Assembly (NCBI RefSeq): GCF_963921235.1
Contig: NC_086107.1
Location: 109,928,001 to 109,992,000 of the forward strand
Length of the DNA stretch: 64,000 bases
Direction: 5' to 3'
Source of the DNA: Mobula hypostoma
Lineage: Eukaryota
The position numbers and the translations under genes were made by a program. Each line of letters opens with the position of its first letter. Positions within the stretch are counted from its first letter, which is position 1. The notes beneath the pieces are model-generated. The model was not told where the DNA came from. It saw only the letters and a list, made by a program, of their open reading frames with translations, and ran no database searches. This document shows, piece after piece, positions 11,742-21,614 of this stretch.

Positions 11742-14700
11742 CTGGAGAGACTCAGCAGGCCAGGCAGCACCTACAGAAAAAAAGTACAGTCGACGTTTCG
11801 GGCCGCAGTCCTTTGGCAGGACTCAATTAATTACAAGCATAAAGCACAAAATATCTACCTTATGTGCAGTCTAACATCCCTTTATGGACATACAATCAAT
11901 CTATATATATTTATTTACATTATCTTATGTATTTATATTTATTGCATGTTTTTATTATTGTGTAAAGTAACATGGTAGTGCAGTGGTTAACACAATGCTT
12001 TACAGTACCAGCGACTGGGGTTCAATTCCCACTCGTACGCTCTCCCCGTGACTGCCTGGATTTTCTCCAGGAGCTCTGGTTTCGTCCCACAGTGTAAGGA
12101 CGGACAGATTGGTTGATTAATTGGTCATTGTAAATTGTCCTGTGATTAGGCAAGGGTTAAATTGTGGGTTGCTAGGCAGCACTGCCCAAAGGCTCGGAAG
12201 AGCCTATCCTGTGTTGTATCTCAATAAATAAATCTTTATGTCATTGTGGGGGTTTTTTGTGCTGCAACAGATCGGGAGTAACAACTATTTCGTTCTCCTT
12301 TCACTTGTGCACAGGGAATGACATGAAGCAATCTTCAATCTTCATTCTTGAATGACTGAAGACAGGGAGGTGGAGCTGAAGTTAAGGTGCTCTTGATGCA
12401 GTGAATGGCAGAGAAAGTTCAGAGCAGTGTATCGCCTGCCCTTGTCCACATGCGTTGCTGCGAATAAGAATTTGAACGAGGACAAAGGGGAAGAGTGGGA
12501 AGCTCGGCGAAACAGTAAAACAGAGCTGTGGTCTAACATGCCGTGTCTCCACTTCAGTAGAAGCTGATGCTGAGGCAGCCTCGGCGTTGGATCGTAACAC
12601 GTCTAGGTCAATGCAACACGCACAAAATGCTGGAGGAACTCAGCAGGTCAGGCAGCATCTACGGCAACGAAAGTCGACGTTTCAGGCGAAGATCCTTCTA
12701 CAGGACTGGAACGGAAGGCGGTGGGGGGAAGATACCAGAATAAAAAGTTGGGGTGAGGGGTAGGAGGCTAGCTGGAAGGTGATAGGTGAACTCAGGTAGG
12801 TGGAAAAGGTCAAGGGGATAGGATGGGAGAGTGGACCATAGGAGAAAGGGAAGGAGGAGGGGACCCAGGGGAAGTGATAGGCAGGTGAGAAAAGGTAAAA
12901 GGTCAGAGTGAGGAATGGTGGGGGGGGGGGGGGAGGGAATTGTTTACCGGAAGGAGAAATCAATATTCATGCCATCAGGTTGGAGGCTACCCAGATGGAA
13001 TATAAGGAGTTGCTCCTCCACCCTGAGGGTGGACTCACCTTGGCACAAATTGAAAGTAAGTTTATTATCAAAGTACATCCTAAATGTTACCATATACTAC
13101 CTTGAGATTCATTTTCGTGCAGGCATTCTCAAGTAAAACAAAGGCATCCAATGGGTTCAAATTCTTCTTCCCAACCATGCATCAGGTGCCAGTGTAGCAC
13201 AGTACTTAGTGTGACGTTATCACAGCCCGGGACATCGGAGTTTGGAGTTCGATGCCGGCCATCCCTGCGAGGAGTCTGTACGTCCTCCCCGTGTGTGCGT
13301 GCTTCCGTCCCTACCCGCAGTCCAAAGACGTATAGGTTAGTAGGTTAGTTGGTCATTGTAAATTGCCCTGTGATTGGGTTAGGGTTAAATATGTGGGTCG
13401 CCGGGCAATGCAGCGTGAAGGGCCGGACTCCGCGCCATGTCTCTAAACAAATCAAAAATTATCCAGAAAGACCAACAAACAAGAGAAAATCTGCTGGTGC
13501 TGGAAATCCAGAGCAACACACACAAAATGCTGGAGGAGCTCAGCAGGCCAGGCAGCGTCTATGGAAGAGAGTATCGTCGAAGTCTCAGGCCAAGACCCTT
13601 CACCAGTCCGGATCGTCGACTGTTTACTTTTTTCCATAGATGCTGCCTGGCCCACTGAGTTCCTCCAGTAAGACAGACAAACAATCAATGAGCAAGAGAC
13701 GAAAAACTGTGCAGATAAGAAAGACAAGTAAGTAAATAATACAGAGATCATAAGTTCTGTATATGGCATTCTTTACCTTTGGATAAACCTTTACTATCCA
13801 GCGTTGTGCCAAAGAGGGTTCGACCCGGGAACTCGTTAGCTGTCGTTACCTTGGTCTTCATCAGTTTATCTGGAAAGGATTTTTTCATTAAGGGAAACTA
13901 TTCTAAAAAGTTGATGCCTATAGAAAAGTATGTTTGAAATTCAAAAATAACATGACCTTTCTTAAACACATCCTACCTCCGATTCAAGAAGATCTCTTAA
14001 ATAAAGAGCCTTGCCACACTCTCCAGAAGCATGTCTGTTTTCTGGTGACAGACGCCAGATTCTGTATGTTCCCGTTACTCAGATCATCATGAGTGTGAGG
14101 TAATGAATTTTGGGGATTAATAAGGGCAAAACATGGACAATTAATGCTAATGCCCCAGGGCATACTCAGATACAAAAGGACCGGGGTGCAAAGTGAAAAC
14201 GTGCCTGAAGGTGGCAGCACTGTAGCAAAGAAAGCACATCAGACCATAAAATATGGGAGCAGAATAGGTCCATTGAGTCTGTCCTGCCATTCATTCGTGG
14301 CTGATTCTATTTTTCAACCCCACTATCCCATTTCCTCCCTTACTAATCAACATCTTATCAACCTCTGCCTTAAATACACTCTTGGATTTGGCCTCCACAA
14401 CCACTGTTCCCTCCAAGGTGCGCAGCCGCGCTGTAGCTGAAATACTCCCGCACACATAGCCTTTGTTGCTACGCAGCTGGAATTTTCTTTTATATGATGT
14501 TAACATAATTTTAAAATAAAGTGAATGTAATTTTGAAATAATGCTAATATAATTTTGAAATAATCTGTAATTAATTATGTTAATGAATATAACCCATAAT
14601 TTTTCTAAATACCATAATGAAGATTTACTTTGAAATGTTTTAGAGCTTCAATGTATTTATATTGTCAGTGTGTCAAGTTACAACAAATTGTAACAATAAA

Positions 14701-17700
14701 CACAGAATGGAAGTCAGTAGCTTATTTTTAATAAACCGCCTGCCCACTGAATGCTAACGCATGTTTCAAGAAAAACATTTAAAGTGCCGCACAGTTTTCA
14801 GGCCATGTAAAAACTTCCTGCTCAGGGCAAAGCTTAGTCCATGCAGCTGTTTAAAAAAATTAGAGAGAATGTTGTCCACAGCTCTCCGTGGTAACACATC
14901 CCACAGATTCATCATCCTCTAGCTCAGGGGTTCCCAATCGCTTTTACGCCATGGACCCTTCAGCAAGAGGTCCGTAGACTCCAGCTTGAGAAGCCCTGCT
15001 CCAACTAAACAAATTCCCCCTTATCTCAGTTTTGTAGCGATACCCATTAATTCTGAGGCTGTGCCCACTCTCCCACTACTGGAAACATCCTCTCCACCCC
15101 ATCCAGGACTTTCAGTCCCTGACAGGTTTTATAAGATCATTTCTAGCATAGCATAACATTTAGTGTAACGCTTTATAGTGCCAGTGTCGCGAGTCAATTC
15201 CCGTCGCTGTCTGTAAGGAGTTTGTACGTTCTCCCTGTGCCATGTGGGTTACTGCTGAGTACTCTGCTTTTCTCCCACATCACAAAGACGCACTGGTCTT
15301 CGGACGAAAGAAAACCAGAGGGATGTGTGGGACGGACCTTACTCCAGCTTAGGAAGTTGTCACAACATCATGAGCCAAAGAGCCCCCACTGCACTGTACC
15401 GTTCTCTGTTCTATAAAGGAGAAATCAAAAGAGAAAGGGCATGAGTTTAGGCTGAAGGGCTGGAGGTGTAGAGGGGAGCTGAGGAAGAATTTTTCCACCC
15501 AGAGTATGGAGCACACAGCCTGGATGGGTGGTGGAGACACAGAGAGAACCTCACGGCATTAAGGATCCAGCAGGTCTGAATATGAATCAGAATCAGGTTT
15601 AATATCACTGGCATATGTCAGGAAATGTGCTGTTTTGTGGAGGCAGTACTTTGCAATATATAACAACTAAAACCATAAATTACAATAATTCATTTATTCA
15701 TTTTGTTTACATATGTATGTGGAGATACTGCGTGGAATAGGCCCCTCCGGACCCCAACAACCCCGATTTAACCCTAACCTAATCACAGGACAATTTACAA
15801 CGACCAATTCACCTACCTGATATGTCTTTGGACTGCAGAAGGAAATTGTGAAGTAAACAGAAAGGGTGCAGAGGAGATTTACAAGGATGTTGCCTGGATT
15901 GGGGAGCATGCCTCATGAGAATAGGTTGAGTGAACTCGGCCCTTTCTCCCTGGAGCGATGGAGGATGAGAGGTGACCTGATAGAGGTGTATAAGATGATG
16001 AGAGGCATTGATCTTGTGGATAGTCAGTGGCTTTTTCCCAGGGCTGAAATGGCTAGCACAAGAGGGCACAGTTTTAAGGTGCTTTGCAGTAGGTACAGAG
16101 GAGATGTCAGGGGTAAGTTTTTTAGGCAGAGGGTGGTGAGTGTGTGGAATGGGCTGCCGGCGATGTTGGTGGAGGCGGATATGATAGGGTCTTTTAAGAG
16201 ACTCTTGGACAGGTATATGGAGCTCAGAAAAATAGAGGGCTATGGGTAACCCTAGGTAATTTCTCAGGTAAGGACACATTCGGCACAGCTTTGTGGGCCG
16301 AAGGGGGCCTGTATTGTGCTGTAGGTTTTTCTATGAAACCGGAGCACCCAGGGAAAACCCAAGCATTCCACGGGGAGGACGTACAGACTCTTTACAGAAG
16401 ACGCCGGGATTGAACTCCGAGCGAAAAAAAGAGAGAAAGCACAATAGTGAGGTCCTTTACATGAGCTCAATGTTCAGAAATCTGATGGTGGAGGGGAAGA
16501 AGCTGTTCCTAAAAAGTTGAGTGTTTGCTTTCAGGCTCCTGTACCTCCTTTCTGGTGGTAACTATGAGAACAGGGCATGTCCTGGGTGGTGGGGGTCCTT
16601 AATGATGGATGCTGCCTTTTCAAGGCATCGGGTTTTTGAAGTCATTGGTCAAGGGTTATGGGCTAGATGTTTTAAAATGGGATAAGTTTCGATAAGTACC
16701 AGATGGTCAGCAGGGAGACGATTAGGTGTAGGCACTGCTTCTGTAGTGTATCATTCACAACCTATAACACCTCACAAAGACTCAGTAGGCCTTCTGTGGA
16801 AAAGAGAAAGCAGTCGACGTTTTGGGCCAAGACCTTTCTTCAGGACTGGAAGAAAAAGTTGAGAGGTTAGAGCAAGAAGGTGGGGGGGAGAGGAGAAAGT
16901 ACAAGGTAGTAGGTGATAGGTAAAACCTGGAGAGGGGGAAGGATGAAGTAAAGAGCTGGGAAGCTGATAGGTGAAAGAAATGAAAGACTGGAGAAGGGGG
17001 AATCTAATAGGAGGATACGGATTACCATGGAATTAAAGGAAGGTGGAGCAGCCTCAGGGGGAGGTGATGGGCAGGCAAGGAGATCAGGTGAGAGAGGGAA
17101 ATGGGAATCGTGAAGAGGGGGCAATTACTGGAAGTTTGAGATATTGATGTTCATGCCATCAGGTTGGAGGCTACCCAGACGGAATATAAGGTGTTGCTCC
17201 TCCAACTTCCGTGTGGCCTCATCTCGGCAGTAGAGGAGGCCATGGACTGACATGGCAAAATGAGAATGGGAACCAGAATTGACATGGGTGGGCACCGGGA
17301 GATCCCTCTTTTTCTGGCAGACTGAACATAGGTGCTTGGCAAAGTGGTCTCCCAATCTATGTTGGATCTCACTAGATGGCAGGAGGAGAAGACGACGGCG
17401 CGACACAGCACGCGCGGCCTCTCCGGTGAAATTATATCGTATTTATTAAATAGGGGCTGTGCACAATTCTGATTTGATGGAGACAGACTTGAGAAGCACG
17501 GAGGAACATCTGGAGAAACTTCCGAAATGCCCGGTTCACTGCCGCTGTTACTGTGCGATTGAGAATCTCCGGAGGGGAAGGCCCCAAATCCTCGGCTTTG
17601 CCTGTTGCCTGTTGCCGGGGATGGGGTCGAAGCGCTCAGCAGAGATGGTGCTTGGTGCTTGGTGTCGGAGAGCTGGTCCGAGGCTCGAAGTTTTCGGACG

Positions 17701-20700
17701 ACTCAGAGTCGGACTGTGGTCGGGTGCTTCCAGGGTGCTGCATCGGCAAGTTTGCGGTGCCGGAAGCTCATGGCAGGAAGAGTTTTCTTTCTTCTCCCGT
17801 CTGTGTGAGATGATGGGACTTTTGAGAGACTTCGAACTTTTTTTACTGTGCCCATGGCCTGTTCTTATCAAGTTACGGTATTGCTTGCACTGTTATAACT
17901 ATATGTTATAATTATGTGGTTTTTGTCAGTTTTTCAGTCTTGGTCTGTCCTGTGTTTCTGTGATATCACACTGGAGGAACATTGTATCATTTCTTAATCC
18001 ATGCAGTACTAAATGACAATAAAAGAGGACTGCGTGTCCTCATAATCTAATAATCTAATATACAAGAGGCCACACCAGGAGCACCGGATACAATAAATGA
18101 CCCCAACAGACTCACAGGTAGGTGTTGCCTCACCTGGAAGGACTGTTTGGGGCCCTGAATGGCAGTGAGGGAGGGGGTGTAGGGGCAGGTATAGCACGTT
18201 TTCCGCTTGCAAGGATAATTGCCAGGAGGGAGATCAGTGGGGAGGGACGAATGGACGTAGAGAGCAATCCCTGTGGAAAGTGGGAGGGAAAGGTGTGCTT
18301 GCCGGTGGGATCCTGTTGGAGATAATGGAAGTTACGGAGAATTACATGCTGGGCACAGAGGCTGGTGGGGTGGTAGGTGAGGACAAGAGGAACCCTATCC
18401 CTAGTGGGGTGGCGGGAGATAGGGTGAGAGTAGATGTGCGCGAAATGAAAGAGATGCGGGTGAGGGCAACGTTGATGTTAGAGGAAGAAAAGCACTTTCT
18501 TTGAAGGAGGAGGACATCTCCTTCGCTCTGGAATGAAAAGCCCCATCCTGAGAGTAGATGCGGCAGAGACGGAGGAACTGAGAGAAAGGGATGACACCTA
18601 TAACACCAGAGAAAAACAGACAAAAACTGCTAAAGATATGGCAAGGTTGGCGCCCGATGCACCACAAAGCGCAGAGAGGAACAACGAGTACAGACTGCAG
18701 AAGTTTCTCATTTCCTGCCCCTTTAATTCCTATCACACACCCACCCTGATCTTTTGGTCTGTGGTCTCCTGCACAGCTACAGCAGGGTCCAACACAACAT
18801 GGAACACATTACAGTACAGCACAAAGTAGGCCATTTGGCCCATAATGTTGTGCTGAAATATGAATCTAACCCTCCAACACAGCCCTCCGTTTTTCTACCA
18901 TTCATGAACCTGTCCAAGAGTCTCTTAAATGTCCCTGATGTATCTGCCTCCACCACCATCCCTGGCTGCAAATTCCACAGGCTTATCATCTCTGTGTAAA
19001 AGAACTTAGCTCTAACATCCCCCCTATACTTTCCTCCAATCACCTTAAAGTTATTCCCCCTCGTATGAGTCACTTCCACCCTGGGGGGAAAGCCTCTGAC
19101 TATCCACTTGACCTATGCCTCTTATCATCTTGTATGACTTTATCAAGTCACCTCTCATCCCCCTTCACGCCAAAGAGAAAAGCCCTAGCTTACTCAACCC
19201 ATCCTCACAAGACATGCTCTTGAATCCAGGCAACATCCTGGTAAATCTCCTCTGCACCCTCTCAAAAGCTTCCACATCCGTCCTATAATGAGGTGACCAG
19301 AACGGAACACAATGCTCCAAGTGCGGTCTAACCAGTGTTTTATGGAGTTGTAACATTACCTCACGGCTCTTGACCTCCAACACGCCATGCGCCTTCTTAT
19401 CCACGCTCTCAACCCGCACGGCTACTTGAGAAGTCAAGAGGGAGCTGCACTACACGAGATCGACCCCCGCCGTGCCGCAGAGAACAGGCGGCGGCTGTGA
19501 AAGGAGAGGGTGAACAACCAAAAGACCCGACCGCTGACCACAGTCACCACTTACCCTTGCTGGCAGGGCACCAGACTACATAGATCCCGGATCAGCCTCC
19601 CCAGCCACCCGAGGGACCAGCTATAGACACCCCATCATACTCAGCTCCAGTGATCACACCACTACTTCAGGAACAGCACCTCACTTTCTGCCTGGGCACA
19701 TTGCAGCCCTTTGGAATCACTATTGAACTTTACAATCTCGGTTCACTTAACTTCTGTCTCTATTGGATTTGTTGGGGTTGTCGATAGATCAGTGTCCCGA
19801 TCATCAGATTTCTGAGTGGACAATGAACCCATGGACACCACCTCAGTATGTTTATTTTTCCCTTCCTATTTGCTATACTTTTTAAATTTAATTTGTTTTT
19901 ATATGAACTTATTGTAATTTAGAGTTTTTAATATTATGTATTTGTACTTAATAAAAGGTAGTGGATTTGGCCCAGTAAATCACGGGTAAAACCCTCCCAA
20001 CCACTGAGCATATCTTCATGAAACGCTGTCACAGGAAAGCAACATCCATCATCAGAGATCCTCACCACCCAGGCCACGCTCTTTTCTCGCTGCTGCCATC
20101 AGGTCGAAGGTACAGGAGCCTCAGGACTCGCTCCACCAGGTTCAAGAACAGTTACTACCCCTCAACCATCAGGCTCTTGAATAGAAGAGCATAACTGCAC
20201 TCACCTATTGATAAACAAGAGAAATTCTGCCAATGCTGGAAATCCAAGCAACTCACACAAAATGCTGGAGGAACTCAGCAGGCCAGGCAGCATCTATGGA
20301 AAAGAGTGAACAGTTGACGTTTTGGGCTGAAATCCTGCTGAAGGGTTTTGGGCCGAAACGTCGACAATACTCTTTTCCATGGATGCTGCCCGACCTGCTG
20401 AGCTCCTCCAGCATTTTGTGTGTGTTGTTCATCTATTGAGAAGTTTCCACAGCCAATGGTCTCACTTCAAGGACTCTTTATCTCATGTTCTTGTTATTTA
20501 TTGCTATTTATTTATATTTGCATTTGCGCAGTTTGTTGTCTTCTGCATTTTCATTGATCTTTCATTGATCCTACTGTATTCTAAAGATTTGCTGAGAATA
20601 CCCACAAGAAAAATTAATCTCGGGGTTGTATGTGGTGACATGTATGTACTCGGATAGTACATTTTTACTTATTTTTACATCACTGCTACCGCCAAACAAC

Positions 20701-21070
20701 AAATGTCACTACATATGCCAGTGATATTAAACCTGATTCAGTCTGGTCTGGGCGTTATTATCTGAAAGGAGCCATCTCGGACAGTGTAGCTGTCCCTCAG
20801 TACTGCCCTGGTGTAGCAATTTCGTCCTCACGAGGGTCTTAAACTCACAGCCTGCTGTTTTAGGACCGACAGTCACCATAAAGAGTTAGTCCTGACGAAG
20901 GGTCTTGGCCTGAAACGTCGACTGCACCTCTTCCTAGAGATGCTGCCTGGCCTGCTGCGTTCACCAGCAACTTTGATGTGTGTTGTCACCATAAAGCCGC
21001 GGTTTTACACAAAAATATCTCCAACCAAGAAAGAGAAATGTAAAAAAATACTATTACCTGCCATTTTCAT
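1013..21070 (-). CDS. CIMIP4: TEX33/CIMIP4 (ciliary microtubule inner protein 4) orthologue, 3'-partial; proposed join(21070-21058, 13869-13777, 10561-10107, 3891-3747, 1123-1013, last exon beyond left edge)
   Basis: LIPKNIQHKFGTHVVNEILSDEK, GYPLRCNIFPG and [27 protein letters not shown] match recalled human TEX33 [34 protein letters not shown] and [27 protein letters not shown]. Splice phases chain in frame; the 5' exons are less certain. Confidence 0.85.
1455..1875 (+). mobile_element. Rex/Babar-like LINE 3' fragment
   Basis: Similar to 6780-7180 (ILDNVSHPLH motif); ends gatcaataaagta(tcta)n. Confidence 0.7.
2184..2502 (-). mobile_element. tRNA-headed SINE with a probable RTE-like tail and 11-bp TSD, nested in a V-SINE tail
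   Basis: A box TGGCCAAGTGG and B box GAGTTCGAG on the minus strand; TSD tatgcacttta at 2173-2183 and 2503-2513; second copy at 24890-25180. Confidence 0.85.
2983..3730 (+). mobile_element. V-domain tRNA SINE split by a Penelope-like insertion
   Basis: SINE head 2983-3058 resumes at 3516 (ggagtttgtacgttctcccc...gcgtgggtt). Confidence 0.8.
3059..3515 (-). mobile_element. Penelope-like element 3' fragment with 9-bp TSD
   Basis: Encodes the GIY-YIG C-terminus (PVATRFNS...LEEQHLIF...QPDGMNIDF); TSD aaggagttt at 3050-3058 and 3516-3524. Confidence 0.88.
3747..3891 (-). CDS. CIMIP4: CIMIP4/TEX33 exon (VKEFLNQKEF...YEKIGYPLRCNIFP)
   Basis: Pyrimidine tract plus gaag acceptor, GTACTG donor, 145 nt, phase 0/1; same residue count as the corresponding recalled human segment. 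Confidence 0.88.
4545..5195 (+). mobile_element. CR1 LINE 3' fragment
   Basis: ORF 4627-5007 RPHLE.C...ERVQKRFT...RLRGDLI. Confidence 0.9.
5480..6389 (-). mobile_element. Penelope-like element fragment (GIY-YIG domain, 3' region, hammerhead) with 5' inverted duplication
   Basis: VIYCVRCSQCGLLYIGETRRRLGDHFAEH is a PLE GIY-YIG signature; 104-bp inverted arms. Confidence 0.9.
5579..5616 (-). ncRNA. Minimal type I hammerhead ribozyme in a Penelope-like element, sense to CIMIP4 pre-mRNA
   Basis: Reverse complement UAGUC-CUGACGA-A-GGGUCUCGGCCU-GAAA-CGUC-GACUG. Confidence 0.72.
6400..7710 (+). mobile_element. Two nested Rex/Babar-like LINE fragments (inner copy ~6623-7185)
   Basis: Chimeric ORF 6410-7042: KKARQ..FIR.L...ESILTGC then LYFLRRVRSF..FYESVVAS..VCWG; the inner copy has its own aataaa/(ctata)n tail and the outer copy resumes at ~7187. 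Confidence 0.8.
8103..8659. mobile_element. Tigger4/MER46-like non-autonomous DNA transposon remnant
   Basis: ttatccaaaatgcttgggg...ttttggatttt and right end gataaggggtgctcaatctg followed by TA. Confidence 0.6.
8668..9350 (+). mobile_element. About 680-bp non-autonomous retroelement, copy 1
   Basis: Colinear with 17378-18055; 5' aagatggtggc, 3' aatgacaataaa...(aatcta)n tail. Confidence 0.75.
9440..9980 (+). mobile_element. Tc1-like non-autonomous transposon (N-terminal transposase remnant)
   Basis: Left TIR cacttggtggccactttat; decayed MGKKCDLSD..H...GARQGGLSISETAD.LGFS paired-like domain. Confidence 0.8.
10107..10561 (-). CDS. CIMIP4: CIMIP4/TEX33 large exon ending LIPKNIQHKFGTHVVNEILSDEK
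   Basis: 455-nt open frame; strong AAG|GTGAGT donor. The 5' boundary (ttacag) is weak and uncertain. Confidence 0.82.
10567..10890 (-). mobile_element. V-domain tRNA SINE abutting a CIMIP4 acceptor
   Basis: Head gcgtagtggttagcg, V-domain, (ctgaat)n tail. Confidence 0.8.
11451..11625 (+). mobile_element. Tc1-like transposon left end, interrupted by a Penelope end (11628-11824)
   Basis: TA-cagcgcctataaaaggtattcaccccc terminus; imperfect duplication aattaatYacaaRcat at 11612-11627 and 11825-11840. Confidence 0.6.
11652..11736. repeat. Compound (CA)n/(CG)n microsatellite
   Basis: 85 nt of alternating purine-pyrimidine sequence. Confidence 0.95.
11972..12230 (+). mobile_element. V-domain tRNA SINE
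   Basis: gtagtgcagtggtt / ggttcaattcc boxes, V-domain, aataaataaa tail. Confidence 0.8.
12612..13045 (-). mobile_element. Penelope-like element 3' fragment
   Basis: Same tail, degenerate hammerhead and GIY-YIG end as other copies. Confidence 0.8.
13777..13869 (-). CDS. CIMIP4: Probable CIMIP4/TEX33 N-terminal exon (DKLMKTKVTTANEFPGRTLFGTTLDSKGLSK)
   Basis: cctttccag acceptor, AAG|GTAAAG donor, 93 nt, phase 1/1, open, non-repetitive; no homology support. Confidence 0.6.
14402..14874. mobile_element. hAT-like non-autonomous element with 8-bp TSD, inserted in a CR1 3' fragment
   Basis: Imperfect TIRs cactgttccctccaa / ttagagagaatgttg; TSD tccacaac 14394-14401 and tccacagc 14875-14882. Confidence 0.7.
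15862..16335 (+). mobile_element. Young CR1 3' fragment nested in a minus-strand V-SINE
   Basis: ORF 15866-16249 is uninterrupted CR1 ORF2 C-terminus; SINE halves flank it. Confidence 0.9.
16790..18600 (-). mobile_element. Penelope-like element (end of RT region plus GIY-YIG) interrupted at ~17378-18055
   Basis: IPFSQFLRLCRIYS (PLE RT C-terminal), VIYCIRCSWCGLLYI, LEEQHLIFRLGSLQPDGMN. Confidence 0.85.
17378..18055 (+). mobile_element. About 680-bp non-autonomous retroelement, copy 2
   Basis: Colinear with 8668-9350; (aatct)n tail. Confidence 0.75.
18800..19430 (-). mobile_element. CR1 LINE 3' fragment
   Basis: ORFs 19165-19437 and 18777-19079 match the CR1 ORF2 end. Confidence 0.88.
19950..20670 (+). 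mobile_element. Rex/Babar-like LINE 3' fragment carrying a fold-back Penelope insert (20212-20428)
   Basis: Colinear with 7215-7710. Confidence 0.75.
20884..20984 (+). mobile_element. 101-bp Penelope-end insertion (hammerhead plus tail) with 12-bp TSD
   Basis: TSD gtcaccataaag at 20872-20883 and 20985-20996. Confidence 0.9.
20887..20924 (+). ncRNA. Minimal type I hammerhead ribozyme (Penelope-type)
   Basis: Stem I UAGUC/GACUG, core CUGACGA (20892-20898), extra A, stem II GGGUC/GGCCU, GAAA (20912-20915), predicted cut after GUC (C20919); palindromic ACGU replaces helix III. Confidence 0.75.
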
Positions 21071-21081
21071 AATTTCAGAAA
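21058..21081 (-). CDS. CIMIP4: Probable 24-nt CIMIP4 exon containing ATG AAA ATG GCA G
   Basis: ttttgttttgcag acceptor and CAG|GTAATA donor; phase 1 fits the next exon; lies just downstream of the promoter. Confidence 0.6.
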
Positions 21082-21149
21082 CTGCAAAACAAAATGCACA
21101 GATGTTAGATATTTAACGTTCACTTTTCTGAAGATTAAAATCGCTTTAT

Positions 21150-21360
21150 ATCTTTAAACCCTTGGCGTTAAGAATTACCGACCATGAAACTGACGGCACT
21201 CGGGATCCATCGCCGGACCCGAGGGAAGAAAACTTGGGGCTGAGGTCGCTACATCGCTTCCGCCAACCGACAGGCAGGAAGGCGGTCACGTGACAGAGCA
21301 CGGTTGCCCGGGCAACTGCAGTAAACATTCCGGGCGTCGGGTCCGCAGGCGGTTATGAAC
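21150..21360. promoter_or_regulatory. CpG-rich promoter of CIMIP4 with E-box, RFX X-box and forkhead motif
   Basis: GTCACGTGAC 21285-21294; GTTGCCCGGGCAAC 21303-21316; GTAAACA 21321-21327; local CpG enrichment in non-repeat sequence. Confidence 0.8.
21179..21280 (-). other. CIMIP4: Probable first exon of CIMIP4
   Basis: CpG-rich segment ending TCG|GTAATT, giving a 97-nt intron to the 24-nt exon; contains an in-frame ATG (MVVSEIMKMA); TSS is an estimate. Confidence 0.45.
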
Positions 21361-21614
21361 TCCCCAAACCCCACAGAAGCTTCACATAATAAACACAACT
21401 GCATTAGAACTGCACCACCATCAAATCTTGGTTCTTGGTTCTTGATCCTCCAAAATATTCCGCATGGAATTTAAACTGGAGGTGGCGGAGGGTAGGATTA
21501 AGAAGGAGATTTTTGAAGAAGAAAAGCTGTCTCAAGGACAACGATAGTGAACTGTAGCAACTTAGCCCGGGACCAAATCGGAAAGAGATGCACCATTAAT
21601 CTTTCAAGTGTATA

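Noticed and set aside
12520..12602. Possible extra CIMIP4 exon (DVLRSNAEAASASASTEVETRH) on the minus strand
   Set aside because: Opens in phase 1 but the acceptor is weak and no convincing phase-1 donor follows; neighbouring exons join in frame without it.
19549..19625. Strong minus-strand donor AAGG|GTAAGT in a CIMIP4 intron
   Set aside because: The nearest plausible acceptor gives an in-frame stop; no homology support.
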